Assembly: GCF_006345805.1 (NCBI RefSeq)
Contig: NC_043018.1
Coordinates: 28,210,001-28,274,000 of the forward strand
Reading direction: 5' to 3'
Origin: Octopus sinensis
Taxonomy: Eukaryota
Length of the DNA: 64,000 nt
A program made the translations under genes and the position numbers. The notes beneath the pieces were generated by a model. The model was given only the letters and a program-made list of their open reading frames with translations. It did not search any database and was not told the DNA's origin. How positions within the stretch are numbered: the stretch's first letter is position 1; each line of letters starts with the position of its first letter. This document shows positions 52,900 to 64,000 of the stretch, in pieces.

Positions 52900-53400
52900 T
52901 AGAGGTTTGGTGATATCTTTGTCCTCCTCCTTTATTAAGTATTTATTAACTATCTTCTGTTCCTGGAGAGTGAAGGTATATCCTTCTAGGTGGAATGTAA
53001 TGTATCTATCACAGATCCGGGTGAGGTTACTCTTCCTGTCAATGTTGTTGTTGCCATCTAGCTTACCTATGCATTACCTTTTGTTGATACGATACCTGCT
53101 TCTTCTCCAAGCTTCTGTTTAGGTAGGCCAGTCTAGCCTCCTTTGGGTTGCATGAATGAGACAGTTGTATTTTCAGAACACCTGCACATAATTCCCACTT
53201 ATGCATATGCACAGAATGTACTCATTCTTCTTTCACTGTTCTGCAGGTGTTGTCTCAGTGATACAATGCGACGTTCAAACGTTATTTGCACTGACCTTGT
53301 GTTTCTACTGTCTCTATCACTGCAGTTATTTCGTCTCACATAAATTCTATCGGTATCAATGTTAATGTGAAAGTCGCCTGTAGTGGCCAATACCATTCCG
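52900..53400 (-). mobile_element. Degraded LINE APE endonuclease fragment
   Basis: VLATTGDFHINID (GDFN-like) and TSPGSVIDTL (cf. W.SP...IDY). Confidence 0.4.
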
Positions 53401-53590
53401 AGCGTGTGTGTGTTGACAGATACATCTGTCTGTCTATCTGATCAATAGACTCACAGATATGTATGTACGTATGAGTAAATTTATAGATACATGTGTATAA
53501 ATATACATACATATATATATATGAGAATGTTTTGCGTAATAAGATAAAAAAACCAAGGCTGTGTAGATATTAGAGCATTTATATATAGAA

Positions 53591-53636
53591 GGTCTTACAG
53601 CTGTTTCTAGGATATTTATTAAATGTATCCCTCCAT
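53591..53636 (-). ncRNA. 5'-truncated hammerhead remnant
   Basis: GGATA...TATCC TA GAAA CAGCTG TA^AGACC. The CUGANGA half is lost at the (TA)n junction. Confidence 0.45.
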
Positions 53637-53692
53637 TATATATATGTATGTATATTATATATGTATGTATGTATCTATGTATGTATATATAT

Positions 53693-53736
<44 letters not shown>

Positions 53737-53991
53737 TCATATATGTATATATATGTGTGTATATATATAATGTATGTATGTATATATAAATAGATGAGTG
53801 TATTTTTACCTTGTTAACAATTAACACGGAAAAAATAAATAAGTAGTTACCATGGTAGCAAAAATCTCACAACTAAAGATGTTGTAACTCTTTGTTTATA
53901 AAGGTAGAAACTTCGTGTTTACGTTGAATATTTTGAATAATATATGAATAAATAAATGGAGTTTAACCCAGGTGTAATCAAATATTTTTAC

Positions 53992-54073
53992 TTTCGACAT
54001 ATGTTTCGAAAATTCCACTGATACTATTCAAAAGAATATATGGTATAAACAATACAATCTTCTCCTCAGGAAA
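53992..54073 (-). ncRNA. Hammerhead ribozyme (left mirror copy)
   Basis: TTTC CTGAGGA GAAGATT...AATTTTC GAAA CATATG TC^GAAA. ACATATGT palindrome. Confidence 0.8.
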
Positions 54074-54637
54074 TTGAAAAAAGCGAAACTCGTCAATACA
54101 TTTTAGCAAAAAATGATGGATTTGTATAGCGATAGACAGAACGCTATTAATATTGTTTAAAAAATCGTTATATGATATAACGTCATAAGTAGCTAACAGA
54201 AAGAGTAGGGATACCAATAGTGAATGTTAAATATAAAGGAAATTAAAGTTTAAATTATATATAATGATAGAGACAACTTATATGCACTAAATGTATGTTT
54301 TTGCCAATGCTTACATCTGTATGCTCGTTCTATAACCGTGGTTACTAGAGTATTTTTCATTATTTTTTCTAAAAATACTCTAGTAAACACGGTTATGGAA
54401 CGAGCATACAGATGTAAGCATTGGCAAAAACATACATTTAGTGCATATAAGTAGTCTCTATCATTACATATAATTTAAACTTTAATTTACTATTGGTATC
54501 CCTACTCTTTCTGTTAGCTACTTATGACGTTATATCATATAACGATTTTTTAAACAATATTAATAGCGTTCTGTCTATCGCTATACAAATCCATCATTTT
54601 TTGCTAAAATGTCGTATTGACGAGTTTCGCTTTTTTC

Positions 54638-54723
54638 ACTTTCCTGAGGAGAAGATTGCATTGTTTATACCATTTATTCTTTTGAATAGTATCAGTGGAA
54701 TTTTCGAAACATGTGTCGAAAGT
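54638..54723 (+). ncRNA. Hammerhead ribozyme (right copy)
   Basis: ACTTTC CTGAGGA GAAGATT...AATTTTC GAAA CATGTG TC^GAAAGT. 6-bp helix I, 7-bp proximal helix II, GUC site. Confidence 0.8.
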
Positions 54724-54767
54724 AAAAATATTTGATTACACCTGCGTTAAACTCCATTTATTTATTC

Positions 54768-54817
<50 letters not shown>

Positions 54818-55287
54818 GAACTGGCATATATTTTGTTCACATGTGTATGTATGTATACATTTAAATCCATTGTGGTTTAATCAACTCCATGTATAAAAGA
54901 AAAAAAAACACAGGTGATATTAAAATCTATTTCATTGCATTAAGAATGAAAGCGTTGGTGTTTTAACTAAATCTGGAATAACGAAATCACATAGATATGA
55001 TCCATTCATAATTAATATGAGTGTAACGTTATCTTTTACATAAGAACGTTTTCTGAACAATAGCAGATAATGTGTGCGGTGTTCCATATTTTATACTTCC
55101 ATATATAATCATTACAAACTTTTTAAACTCCGAATTATGTGGTATTGGTAACGCAGGAGAATACATACATACATACATACATACATACATACATACATAC
55201 ATACATTCATACATACATACATACATATATACATACAAACCTACATACATACTCACAAAAACTCACACACACTCACATGCATTCATA

Positions 55288-55332
<45 letters not shown>

Positions 55333-55508
55333 GTATGTATGTATGCATGTATGTGTGGTAGTGTGGAGAAAGACAAAAATGAGAGAGGGAGGGAGTGAGA
55401 GAGAGGTAGAAAGGCAGATAAACACAAACCAGCTTCATCTGTATATTTGCTTGGTATACCTAATACGATTACAGAATGAGTAAAACAAATGGAGTTACGT
55501 AATAGTTT

Positions 55509-55541
<33 letters not shown>

Positions 55542-56524
55542 TAATAATAATAATAACAAGAAGAAGAAGAAGAAGGAGAAGAAGAAGAAGAAGAGAAGAA
55601 GAAGAAGAAGAAGAAGAAGAAGAAGAAAAGAATAACCCTTATTATTAATATCATCGTTATTATATAAGCGTATATATATATATTTATGCACACAAACTCA
55701 GACACTCGCGTTCACACACTTACATATAGATACTTATATACATACATACACGCACATTCACACATATAGACATACATATATATATACGAACACATATGTG
55801 TGTGTGTGTGTTATGTTCGGAGGGAGAGACGAAGGATGGCAATGCGAAGAGAAAGATGATGGCTTTATAATCATGTACACAGACAAATAAGAGCAGATTA
55901 CCCGCCCTATTGAGCAGCATTGTCTGTGATATACCACCTGGTGTGGCTTACGTTTGTAAATGTAGTCAATAGGATAAATCTAGCAATAACAGATTCGCAT
56001 TAAAATGATGGTATAACTAGCTACAATGAGAAAATATTTGAATGCTATTCAATATAACCAACATCTTCTAAAACAAGTTTTATAAAGATCTTTATGTCAT
56101 GAATAATACACATGTTTTTTACAACCAAAGTTGTATAACTTAATCAACAAATGTCTCGTGCTGCTCGTTTTGTAACCTCTAAGGAGAAAACCAGGTTGTG
56201 TTTAAATATAGAGGGGACGAAGAAAAAAAGTAAGAGATAAAGAAATTTGTTCTTCGTCTTTCTCCGAACATTTGCCAGACATTTTTGATCACCACCAAGG
56301 GAATAGATATGTTCACCGGAAACCATTTCTCTTTAACTGTTTCAGATCGTGATTGGAAATGAAGAATGTGTCAAGGAAGTCTTTGAATGATGTTATATTC
56401 GATACTCAATGTAGCCCATCCCAATGCCTATTCATTAAATATTATTATATATGTTGGTCACGATGAATTACTTGTATCAGCAGAAAACAAAGTTGCAATT
56501 TTTTAAAAAAAGTTACGTATCATA

Positions 56525-56924
56525 GGCGTAGGAGTGGCTGTGTGGTAAGTGCTTGCTCACCAGCCACATGGTTCCGGGTTCAGTCCCCCCCGCATGGCAC
56601 CTTGAGCAAGTGTCTTCTACTATAGCTTCGGGCCGACCGAAGCCTTGTGAGTGGATTTGGTACACGGAAACTGAAAGAAGCCCGTCGTATATATGTATGT
56701 ATATATATATATATACATAAATATATATGTATGTATGTGTCTGTGTGTATATGTTTGTCTGTGTTTGTCCTCCCAATCATCTCTTGACAACCGATGCTGG
56801 TGTGTTTATGTCCCCATAACTTAGCGGTTCGGCATAAGAGACCGATAGAATAAGTACTAGGCTTACAAAAAATAAGTCCTGGGCCGCAGTCAAATGCCTG
56901 AAACAAGTAAAAGAGTAAAAGAGT
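56525..56924 (+). mobile_element. SINE family A with (AAAGAGT) tail
   Basis: ggcgtaggagtggctgtgtggtaag...gaaacaagtaaaagagtaaaagag. Confidence 0.9.
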
Positions 56925-57119
56925 ATCTCAATACTTACTCCAGAATATACAAAACTTTAGTTTATAATGTGACAATGTAAACCGGAACATCAGCAAAATA
57001 TATATTTGTTAAATATAATGCTGTTTATAAATGTGGTTTTGAAATCATATATCTAATTATTTGCTAATAATTTCAGATATTAATTACAAAGTGACAATAT
57101 GTCTATCTACGATCACATA

Positions 57120-57425
57120 TGTGCTGAGAGGAATTCTTTGGGGTTTGAATAATTCCCTTCTTCAACGTTCACAAACAACCTGAATTCAGGATCTTTTGTG
57201 CAGGATGGACCACTCGACCTGAAGAAAATTCTAACTGGGCCCCACCTACAAAGTCATGCGCTGTTAATCTTGATATGAGATCACCATGCCGCACACATAC
57301 AGTTGTGATGCATGTGCCTAGTGTACCCTTATCAGACGGGTAGTCATGATGGGTATACTGGGCTTCGTATATTTGTATTCTATCGTCACTTTTATGGCAC
57401 GCGCTGCCCTCTCACACACTAATTA
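57120..57425 (+). mobile_element. Repeat family D ending in an (AAT)n tail
   Basis: Reverse-complement homologue of 59620-60045 and 60395-60845. All three end at an AAT/ATT array. Confidence 0.75.
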
Positions 57426-57452
57426 TAATATTAATAATAATAATAATAATAA

Positions 57453-57483
<31 letters not shown>

Positions 57484-58450
57484 AAGGAAGAGGGGAGGAT
57501 GAGAAGAAGAACAAGTAGTAGTAGTAGTAGTATTAGTAGTAGTACTAGTAGTGGTGGTGGTGGTGGTGGGGTTGTAGTAGTAGTAGTTGTAGTAGATGAA
57601 GAAGAAGAAGAAAAAAAAGAAGAAGGAAAAGATGAAGAAGGAAAAGAAGAAGAAGGAAAAGAAGTAGACAAGGATAAAGAAGAAGAAGAAGAAAGAAGAA
57701 GAAGAAGAAGAAGAAGAAAAAGAAAGAAGAAGAAGAAGAAGAAGAAGAAGAAGAAGAAGAAGAACAACAACAACAACAACAACAATAGCAAGAACAAGAA
57801 GAACAATAACAATGACAAAAGCAACAACAATGCTTTTCTCAAAAATATTAATATGAAGCACATTGTTATTGAAGACTGTTTATTTTCAGAAAGAATTACA
57901 TTTCTGTTTTACTGATGCTTGTTGCGATACGGACGAGTGAGACGAATTGATGGACGCTGACGTAGTCACATCTTAAAACGGAAACGATCTCATTAAAATT
58001 AACATAATGAAAGATAGGGCGAATTAAAAAAAAATGTTAAATCATCATAATGAACTTGATTACATTTATCATAATTATGATGAATACCGCCACCCTAATC
58101 ACCTGGCCACCTCCTCCTGCTACTCGTGCTCCTCTCCACTCATCATCATCATTATCATCCCTACCCTCTTCGTTAACATCATTATCATTCCTATCATTGT
58201 CATCTTCATCATCATGATTGTCATAGTCGACCCCATCATCATCGCCATCGTCATCATCGACCTCGTCATCATCATCATCATCATCATCGTCATCGTTGAC
58301 CTCGTCATCATAATTATCATCACCATATTCGTACTGTTTAACTTCATTATCATCATGACTATCATCATTATCATCATAATCATCTTCATCATCATCCTCG
58401 TCATCATCATCATCCACATCATCATATTCGTACTGTTTAACTTCCTTATC

Positions 58451-58482
<32 letters not shown>

Positions 58483-58560
58483 CATCATCATCATCACCAG
58501 AAGCAGCAGCAGTAGCAGCATTGCCGTTGTCTGCATCAATCATCCAAGTTCATTCATCGT
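57425..58560. repeat. Compound trinucleotide arrays (AAT, AAG, TAG, TGG, AAC, then ATC-derived)
   Basis: Direct inspection. These arrays explain the poly-amino-acid ORFs here. Confidence 0.9.
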
Positions 58561-58809
58561 AATCTTCAACTTTCCGTTCAAAATCCTCACCACGTTTCAA
58601 CCACATCCATCCCCGCTAACTTCTTTTCATCAACGTTTCTTCGGTTACCATGCCAACTAAGACTCCTATCAATTCTACTATCACCGATACACACGATCTC
58701 GGCTCTGCTACAAACGGTTTCTTCATTATCCTTTACCGCAAAAAATATCAGCGCCACCACCATCAGCGTCAGTATCAAGTTTTGGCAAAAGGTCAGTGCT
58801 TTCGGTGGA

Positions 58810-59130
58810 GGGATTAGATAAGTCGATTGCATCGATCCCAGAGTTCAACTGGTATTTGTTTTATCGACAAGGAAGGGATGGAATGCAAAGTCGAACTCGG
58901 CAAAAACTTAAAGTAAGAACGGAAAATCGGACGAAATGCCACGAAGCGAACAAAATGCTTAGCGGCATTTTGTCCATCTTTTTGTATTCTGATTTCGAAT
59001 TTCACCGAGGTCGACTAAACCTTTCATGCTTTCGGGCTCGATGGAATAAGTATTCAGAAAGTACTGGGGTCGAACTAATCCTGTAGTCGTAATACCCCAA
59101 ATTTCAGGCTTTGTGCCGATGGGAGAAAGG
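58810..59130. mobile_element. Two decayed SINE family B copies joined head-to-head
   Basis: Minus copy ~58810-58937 abuts plus copy ~58938-59130. Confidence 0.65.
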
Positions 59131-59155
59131 AATATTATCTGAATATAAAAAATTA

Positions 59156-59548
59156 GGCATAGGAGTGGTTGTGTGGTAAGTAGCTTGCTTACCAACCACA
59201 TGGTTCCGGGGTCAGTCCCGCTGCGTAGCACCTTCGGCAAGTGTCTTCTACTATAGCCTCCAGCCGACCATAGACTTGTGAGTGGATTTGGCAGACGGAA
59301 ACTGAAAGAAGTCCGTTGTATATATGTATATATGTATGTGTGTGTGTGTATGTATGTGTGTCAGTGTTTGTTCCCCACCAACATCGCTTGACAACCGATG
59401 CTGGTGTGTTTACGTCCTCGTAACTTGGTGGTTCGGCAAAAGAAATCGATAGAATAAGTACTAGGCTTACAAAGAATAAATCCTGGGGTCGATTTGCTCG
59501 AGTAAAGGCGGTGCTCCAGCATGGCCACAGTCAAACAACTGAAACAAT
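59156..59548 (+). mobile_element. SINE family A
   Basis: Full head, internal microsatellite and 3' part. Confidence 0.9.
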
Positions 59549-59619
59549 TAATAAAAAAAGATTATTACTATTATTATTAGTGTTGTTATTGTTGTTTTTG
59601 TTATTATCATTATTATTAT

Positions 59620-60045
59620 CGAGTGAGAGAGCAGCGCATATCATCAAAGTGACATTATGGTGAAATTTATAAAGAAGTCCAATATACCCATCATGACTAC
59701 CATCATGATAAGGTTACACGAGGTGCATTCTTCACAACCATGTGTGCGTGACATGATCTCATTTCAAGATAAACAGTGCATGACCTTGCAGGTGGAACCC
59801 AGTTAGACAGGTTGAATAGCCCATTCCACTCAAAATGTCAATGAGTTGTTTAAGAATGTTGAATGAAATACCCTAAAGAATTCCTCACAACACATGGCTA
59901 TGATGCCCCCTACTACTTCTGCTCGTGATCAGAGATGCACATATCGTCAGCCACTAAAGGACATGCTCAACTGGTTAAGGTCAAACAACTGGCAAGCAAA
60001 TCTGTGGTATTCAGCAGAATATTTGCTGTAGCCCATCTTTTGCAC
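59620..60045 (-). mobile_element. Repeat family D
   Basis: Homologous to 60395-60845. (ATT)n-like array on the left. Confidence 0.75.
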
Positions 60046-60127
60046 CAAGACAAAACATGTACATCGCAACACTTGCAAACCGTTAAGATTAGAAAGTATG
60101 AGAGCCAGTGCCCGGTACAACTTTAAA

Positions 60128-60339
60128 GCGGTGAGCTGGCAGAATCGTTAAGACTCCGTGTGAAATGATAAGCGATATTTAGACCGAATTTACATTCTGA
60201 GTTAAAATTCCGCCGAGGCTGTCTTTGCCTTTCATCCTTTCGTAGTCGATGAAATAAGTACCAGTTAGGCACTGGGGTCGATGTAATCGATTATCCACTT
60301 CCGTCAAACTTTTCAAGGCCTTGTGCCTAATGTAGAAAT
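60128..60339 (+). mobile_element. SINE family B
   Basis: ggtgagctggcagaatcg...ggggtcgatgtaatcga. Confidence 0.8.
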
Positions 60340-60351
60340 AATAATATAATA

Positions 60352-60391
<40 letters not shown>

Positions 60392-60394
60392 TAT

Positions 60395-60845
60395 TATTAT
60401 TATTGAGTGAGGAGCTGTGCAATGCCATCAAAGTGACACTGGGGTAAAATATACGAAGCCCAGTATACCCATCATGACTACCCGTCTGATAAGGGTACAT
60501 CAGGCACATGCATCACAAACATGCGTTACATGGTGTTCTCATATCAAGATAAACAGCGCATGACCTTGCAGGTGGGTCCCAGTTAGAAATTTCGTCACAT
60601 CGAGTATCCTATTCAGCTCAAAAGATCCCTAAATAAAGGTTGTCTTATTATGCTGGACGAAACACCCTTGTTTGCAGAGGTGAATTATCCAAGCCCCAAA
60701 GAATTCCTCTCAACCCACGGCTATGATGCTCCTCCACCACTTCTGCTCGTGTTCAGCGATGCACATATCGTCAACCACCAATGGACATGGTCAGTTGGTT
60801 AAAGTCAAACAACTGACCAGCAAATCCTTGGTATTGAGCAAGATA
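60395..60845 (-). mobile_element. Repeat family D
   Basis: catcaaagtgacactggggtaaaatatacgaagcccagtatacccatcatgactacccgtctgataagggtac, preceded by (ATT)n. Confidence 0.75.
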
Positions 60846-61821
60846 TTATTATTATTTAATTATACAGCTGATCAACAATGTATAAATCCACCTTAATAAC
60901 GGTTTGTTGAATAATCTTCATTCTTTCATTCGTTCAAAATAAGAAAAATAAAACAAAACAAAAAATAATTCCAAATTTCGAAGCTCAAAACGAAATATAA
61001 CAAATGCCACACCGCAACCCATCATGACCACCACCACTGCGGTATAATTAGATTTAGAATAATTCACAAAATGCAACCAATTACTAAAATAAATTTCGAA
61101 ACAAAAGAGAGATAAATATATCGATTTCTTAGCTTCCATCAAAAGACAAGTTTTATTAGAAAAATGCGTATGTAAATGTGTATGAATATATCTGTTTGTA
61201 TGTGTGTGTGTGTGTGTGCGTGTGTGCGTGCGTGTGTGTATGTGTGTGTGTGTTTGTGTAGGCTTATGTTGGGATATATGTGTGCGCCAAATAGTCATTA
61301 AAATTTGTGACCATATTTCCTTGAAGCATGACGTCTGGCCCTCTGGCGTCACGCTTGCAAGGATGGATGGCGATGAAAAGATTTATTGCCATTAGCCTAT
61401 CTACAAATATGTGGAAGTGTTTGTGTAAACGACTACCGTGTGATGGATACAAACACACTTCACCGTTTATTTTACTTTATTCTACGCAGTATTTTCCTTA
61501 TTCTTTATTTATCATTTTTCTTAATTACTTCCAGTTTGTATCCACAGCTTCGCAACTAAACCTGCTCTTTGGCATTCCTTCCCTTTGTACTTAAGGTACA
61601 ACCACTAACAGCATACTCTAGTTAATCTTACAGAACGAAACATCACTTATGTAACGAGTTACATTATTATGTCACCCGATGAGGGGATTTTGTACCGTGG
61701 GATGTACCGAAATTAATTAGTTTCCCACCTGCGAGGGAAGTGAGCGATGCAGGATGTGTCGAAGCGAACGGTGTGATCAATAAAATTTCCCGAATATTCC
61801 ATTTTCCTTTGCTAATGCTTC

Positions 61822-61857
<36 letters not shown>

Positions 61858-61934
61858 AGAGAGCTGGAAACATCCAATTTTTCACTGGTTTCCTGGTTTA
61901 ATTCCCATTATAGCTGAGAGTATCCTTTTCTCAA

Positions 61935-62400
61935 TTCAAATGGGTATACATTCGTGCCCCAGGGCCAGGCCGTCGATCAAGAGTCTACTGCGACGTTTTG
62001 AAACGTCTGCGGGAGGACATTCGCAGGAAGCGACCGAATGTGTGGAGCACGAAGAATTGCATTCTTCACTACGACAATGCACTCTGTCAACGAACTCTCC
62101 ACAATCGTGAGTTTTTGTCCTAAAAGAACATGTTATTGCTTCCGCATCCACCCTATTCGCCAAATTGTGCACCTGCGGTCTTCCATCTTTTCTCCAAGAT
62201 GAAAATGCAGCTCAAAGATCGCCATTTTAGCATCGTTGTCGAGATGCTCAGCGAATCGCAGAAGGTTGTCGACTCATTTACAGAAAACGACTTCCAAGCC
62301 AGATTCCAAAAGTAGCAGGAACGCTGGGACTGGTGTACTCCTGCGCAAGGTGACTATGTCGAAGTAGATGATGTTAAAATTTAGGTAAACAAGTTAACTT
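61935..62400 (+). mobile_element. Mariner transposase 3' fragment (pseudogene)
   Basis: YCDVLKRLREDIRRKRP, LHYDNA, LPHPPYSPNCAP...F.KMK...LK, F...W..RW..C. Confidence 0.85.
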
Positions 62401-62404
62401 TTAT

Positions 62405-62620
62405 TAAAGGGAAAGTTTACGAAAATAAACAAAAGACGAAGGCAGGTGGTGTACAAACAAACAAATGTATTAGTATAGCGTTCAGGAATAGAAAAAGTCT
62501 TTTACGTTTCGAGCCTACGCTCTTCGACAGAAAGATACACAGAAAAAAAAACAAGGAGAGAAATAAGGAGAGAAAAAAATGCATGTAGTGGCTAACGATC
62601 TATCATGGCGTCTGACATCA
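62405..62620 (-). mobile_element. Family H copy; best-paired A6U hammerhead-like motif at 62498-62535
   Basis: TCTTT CTGTCGA A GAGC-GTAG-GCTC GAAA CG TA^AAAGA. Confidence 0.8.
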
Positions 62621-62972
62621 GACAGAAAGGTCAACCGCGAGAGTGACAGTAGGGGAGATAACAGGGTCAAGTGACTCTCAATAACTTCTCCTTGAACTTT
62701 GTGATACCAACTCACGCATGTTACTCACTAGCTTCTAAATTCACTAACCATTTAAATGTATTCATTGTTTTTTCTCCTGTTTCTATTTTGTCTGGGGAGA
62801 GTCATTCTCTTCTAGCACCTCGTTAATTCAACACACACACTGGTCAGATTTCCACTCATTCACTTATTATTTCTTACTAAAATTTACGTTGCGACTTCCA
62901 AACTTTTCAATAGTCATTGATTCTGTCCGTTATCGGAATTGCGTTCTTTTTTATACGCATGCGTATACATAC

Positions 62973-63003
<31 letters not shown>

Positions 63004-63889
63004 TGTATGTATGTATGTATGTATGTATGTATGTTTGCATGTATGCATGTATGTATGTATGTATGTATGTATGTATGTATGTATGTATGTATGTATGTGT
63101 ATACATGTGTGTGTATGCATACATATATAAGTGTGTGCTCTGCATGTATATGTGTACGTCATGTATATATATATATGTATGCATGTGTACATGATTGTAT
63201 CTATGTATTCTGTACATCCTGTTTCCTTTTTATCTATATTCAAGCTGTGTATCAAAGAACACTGTTGCTCAGATGTTGCATGTATAAGCTTGTGCGAATT
63301 TATAAACTAAATAAGATTTTTTTTGACTTTCTACTTTTTTCTGTATAGGTATATTTTTTCTGCAAAATAGATATATTTTTTTCTGTAAAATAGACATATA
63401 TATATAATCTAATTGGAAGTTGTCTACAAATCTAATAATGAATATTACGAAACAAAGATAAAGCCAGATTGAAATAATCCAAAATTTTCTGGTTTTTTGG
63501 GTGTCATTGCATGGTATAGCTGCAACTTCTTTAACAAAGCAGACGATGAAAATAAATATATTAACCCTTCCACTTCTCATTGATATACACATTTCCACTT
63601 CTCATTGATATTCACATTTTATTCTATATCATGGATTCAAACATTGGCATCAGGATAGCGTAAATCAAACCCAGTCCACGACTAGTACTTTAATTTATCA
63701 AACCGAGGGGATGAGAGGCTAAGTCTACCTGAACTGAAAACGTAAAGAACCGGAGGAGGAAATACCTGTATAATTTTGTTTGATATTCGAACGACTTTAC
63801 CTCTAATGTGGATTTGCAATTTAAAGATGAACATGTGACCTTTTCATTAAGCCATGACGTAACTTATAAGTTAATGAAGGTGCGTGGCT

Positions 63890-63989
63890 NNNNNNNNNNN
63901 NNNNNNNNNNNNNNNNNNNNNNNNNNNNNNNNNNNNNNNNNNNNNNNNNNNNNNNNNNNNNNNNNNNNNNNNNNNNNNNNNNNNNNNNN
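63890..63989. other. Assembly gap (100 N)
   Basis: Run of N. Confidence 0.99.
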
Positions 63990-64000
63990 TGACGAAGAAA

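Larger units (their letters stand above)
53942..54771. mobile_element. 830 bp fold-back unit with two divergent HHRs
   Basis: Arms 53942-54357 and 54371-54771 with a 13-nt loop. The arms differ by several substitutions and one ~15-nt indel. Confidence 0.9.

Noticed and set aside
51700-52900. Further degraded PLE RT/GIY-YIG on the minus strand
   Set aside because: Only faint motif resemblance, too weak to annotate without an HMM search.
53978-54735. Two near-identical ~80 aa ORFs on opposite strands
   Set aside because: They are the two arms of the fold-back unit. No protein motif is present, and the conserved signal is RNA structure.
57346-58660. Poly-K/E/N/D/I ORFs of 140-208 aa
   Set aside because: They result from trinucleotide arrays open in several frames on both strands, with no domain.

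Overview
This is animal, repeat-saturated, apparently intronic or intergenic DNA. It is most likely cephalopod (Octopus-like), inferred from the SINE families and the TA/CA/GATA/TACA microsatellite load, not from a database search. No host protein-coding gene could be supported, and most predicted ORFs are microsatellite artefacts. Recognisable content: (1) a CR1-group LINE at 1-2220; (2) three minus-strand copies of an L1/Tx1-like LINE (6.6-7.1, 34.7-40.2, 40.9-43.6 kb), each joined at its 5' end directly to a (GATA)n array in the same polarity; (3) at least three decayed Penelope-like elements (PLEs: RT with KDHK/YRDD motifs, GIY-YIG endonuclease); (4) RTE, R4/Dong-like, Tc1 and mariner fragments, Helitron-type and MITE elements, and many tRNA-derived SINEs. 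The main signal not shown by the ORF track is a dense population of minimal type I hammerhead ribozyme (HHR) motifs: about 14 intact or near-intact plus several decayed, from roughly 8-10 unrelated sequence families. Most have a self-complementary helix III whose sequence differs between families but stays palindromic. Three pairs sit back-to-back on fold-back (hairpin) units, one motif shows a U3-A8 core covariation, and one multi-copy family has a fixed A6-to-U change. PLE-associated dimeric HHRs are known in general. The density, the fold-back pairs and the core variants here are what merit testing. A 100-N assembly gap lies at 63890-63989.
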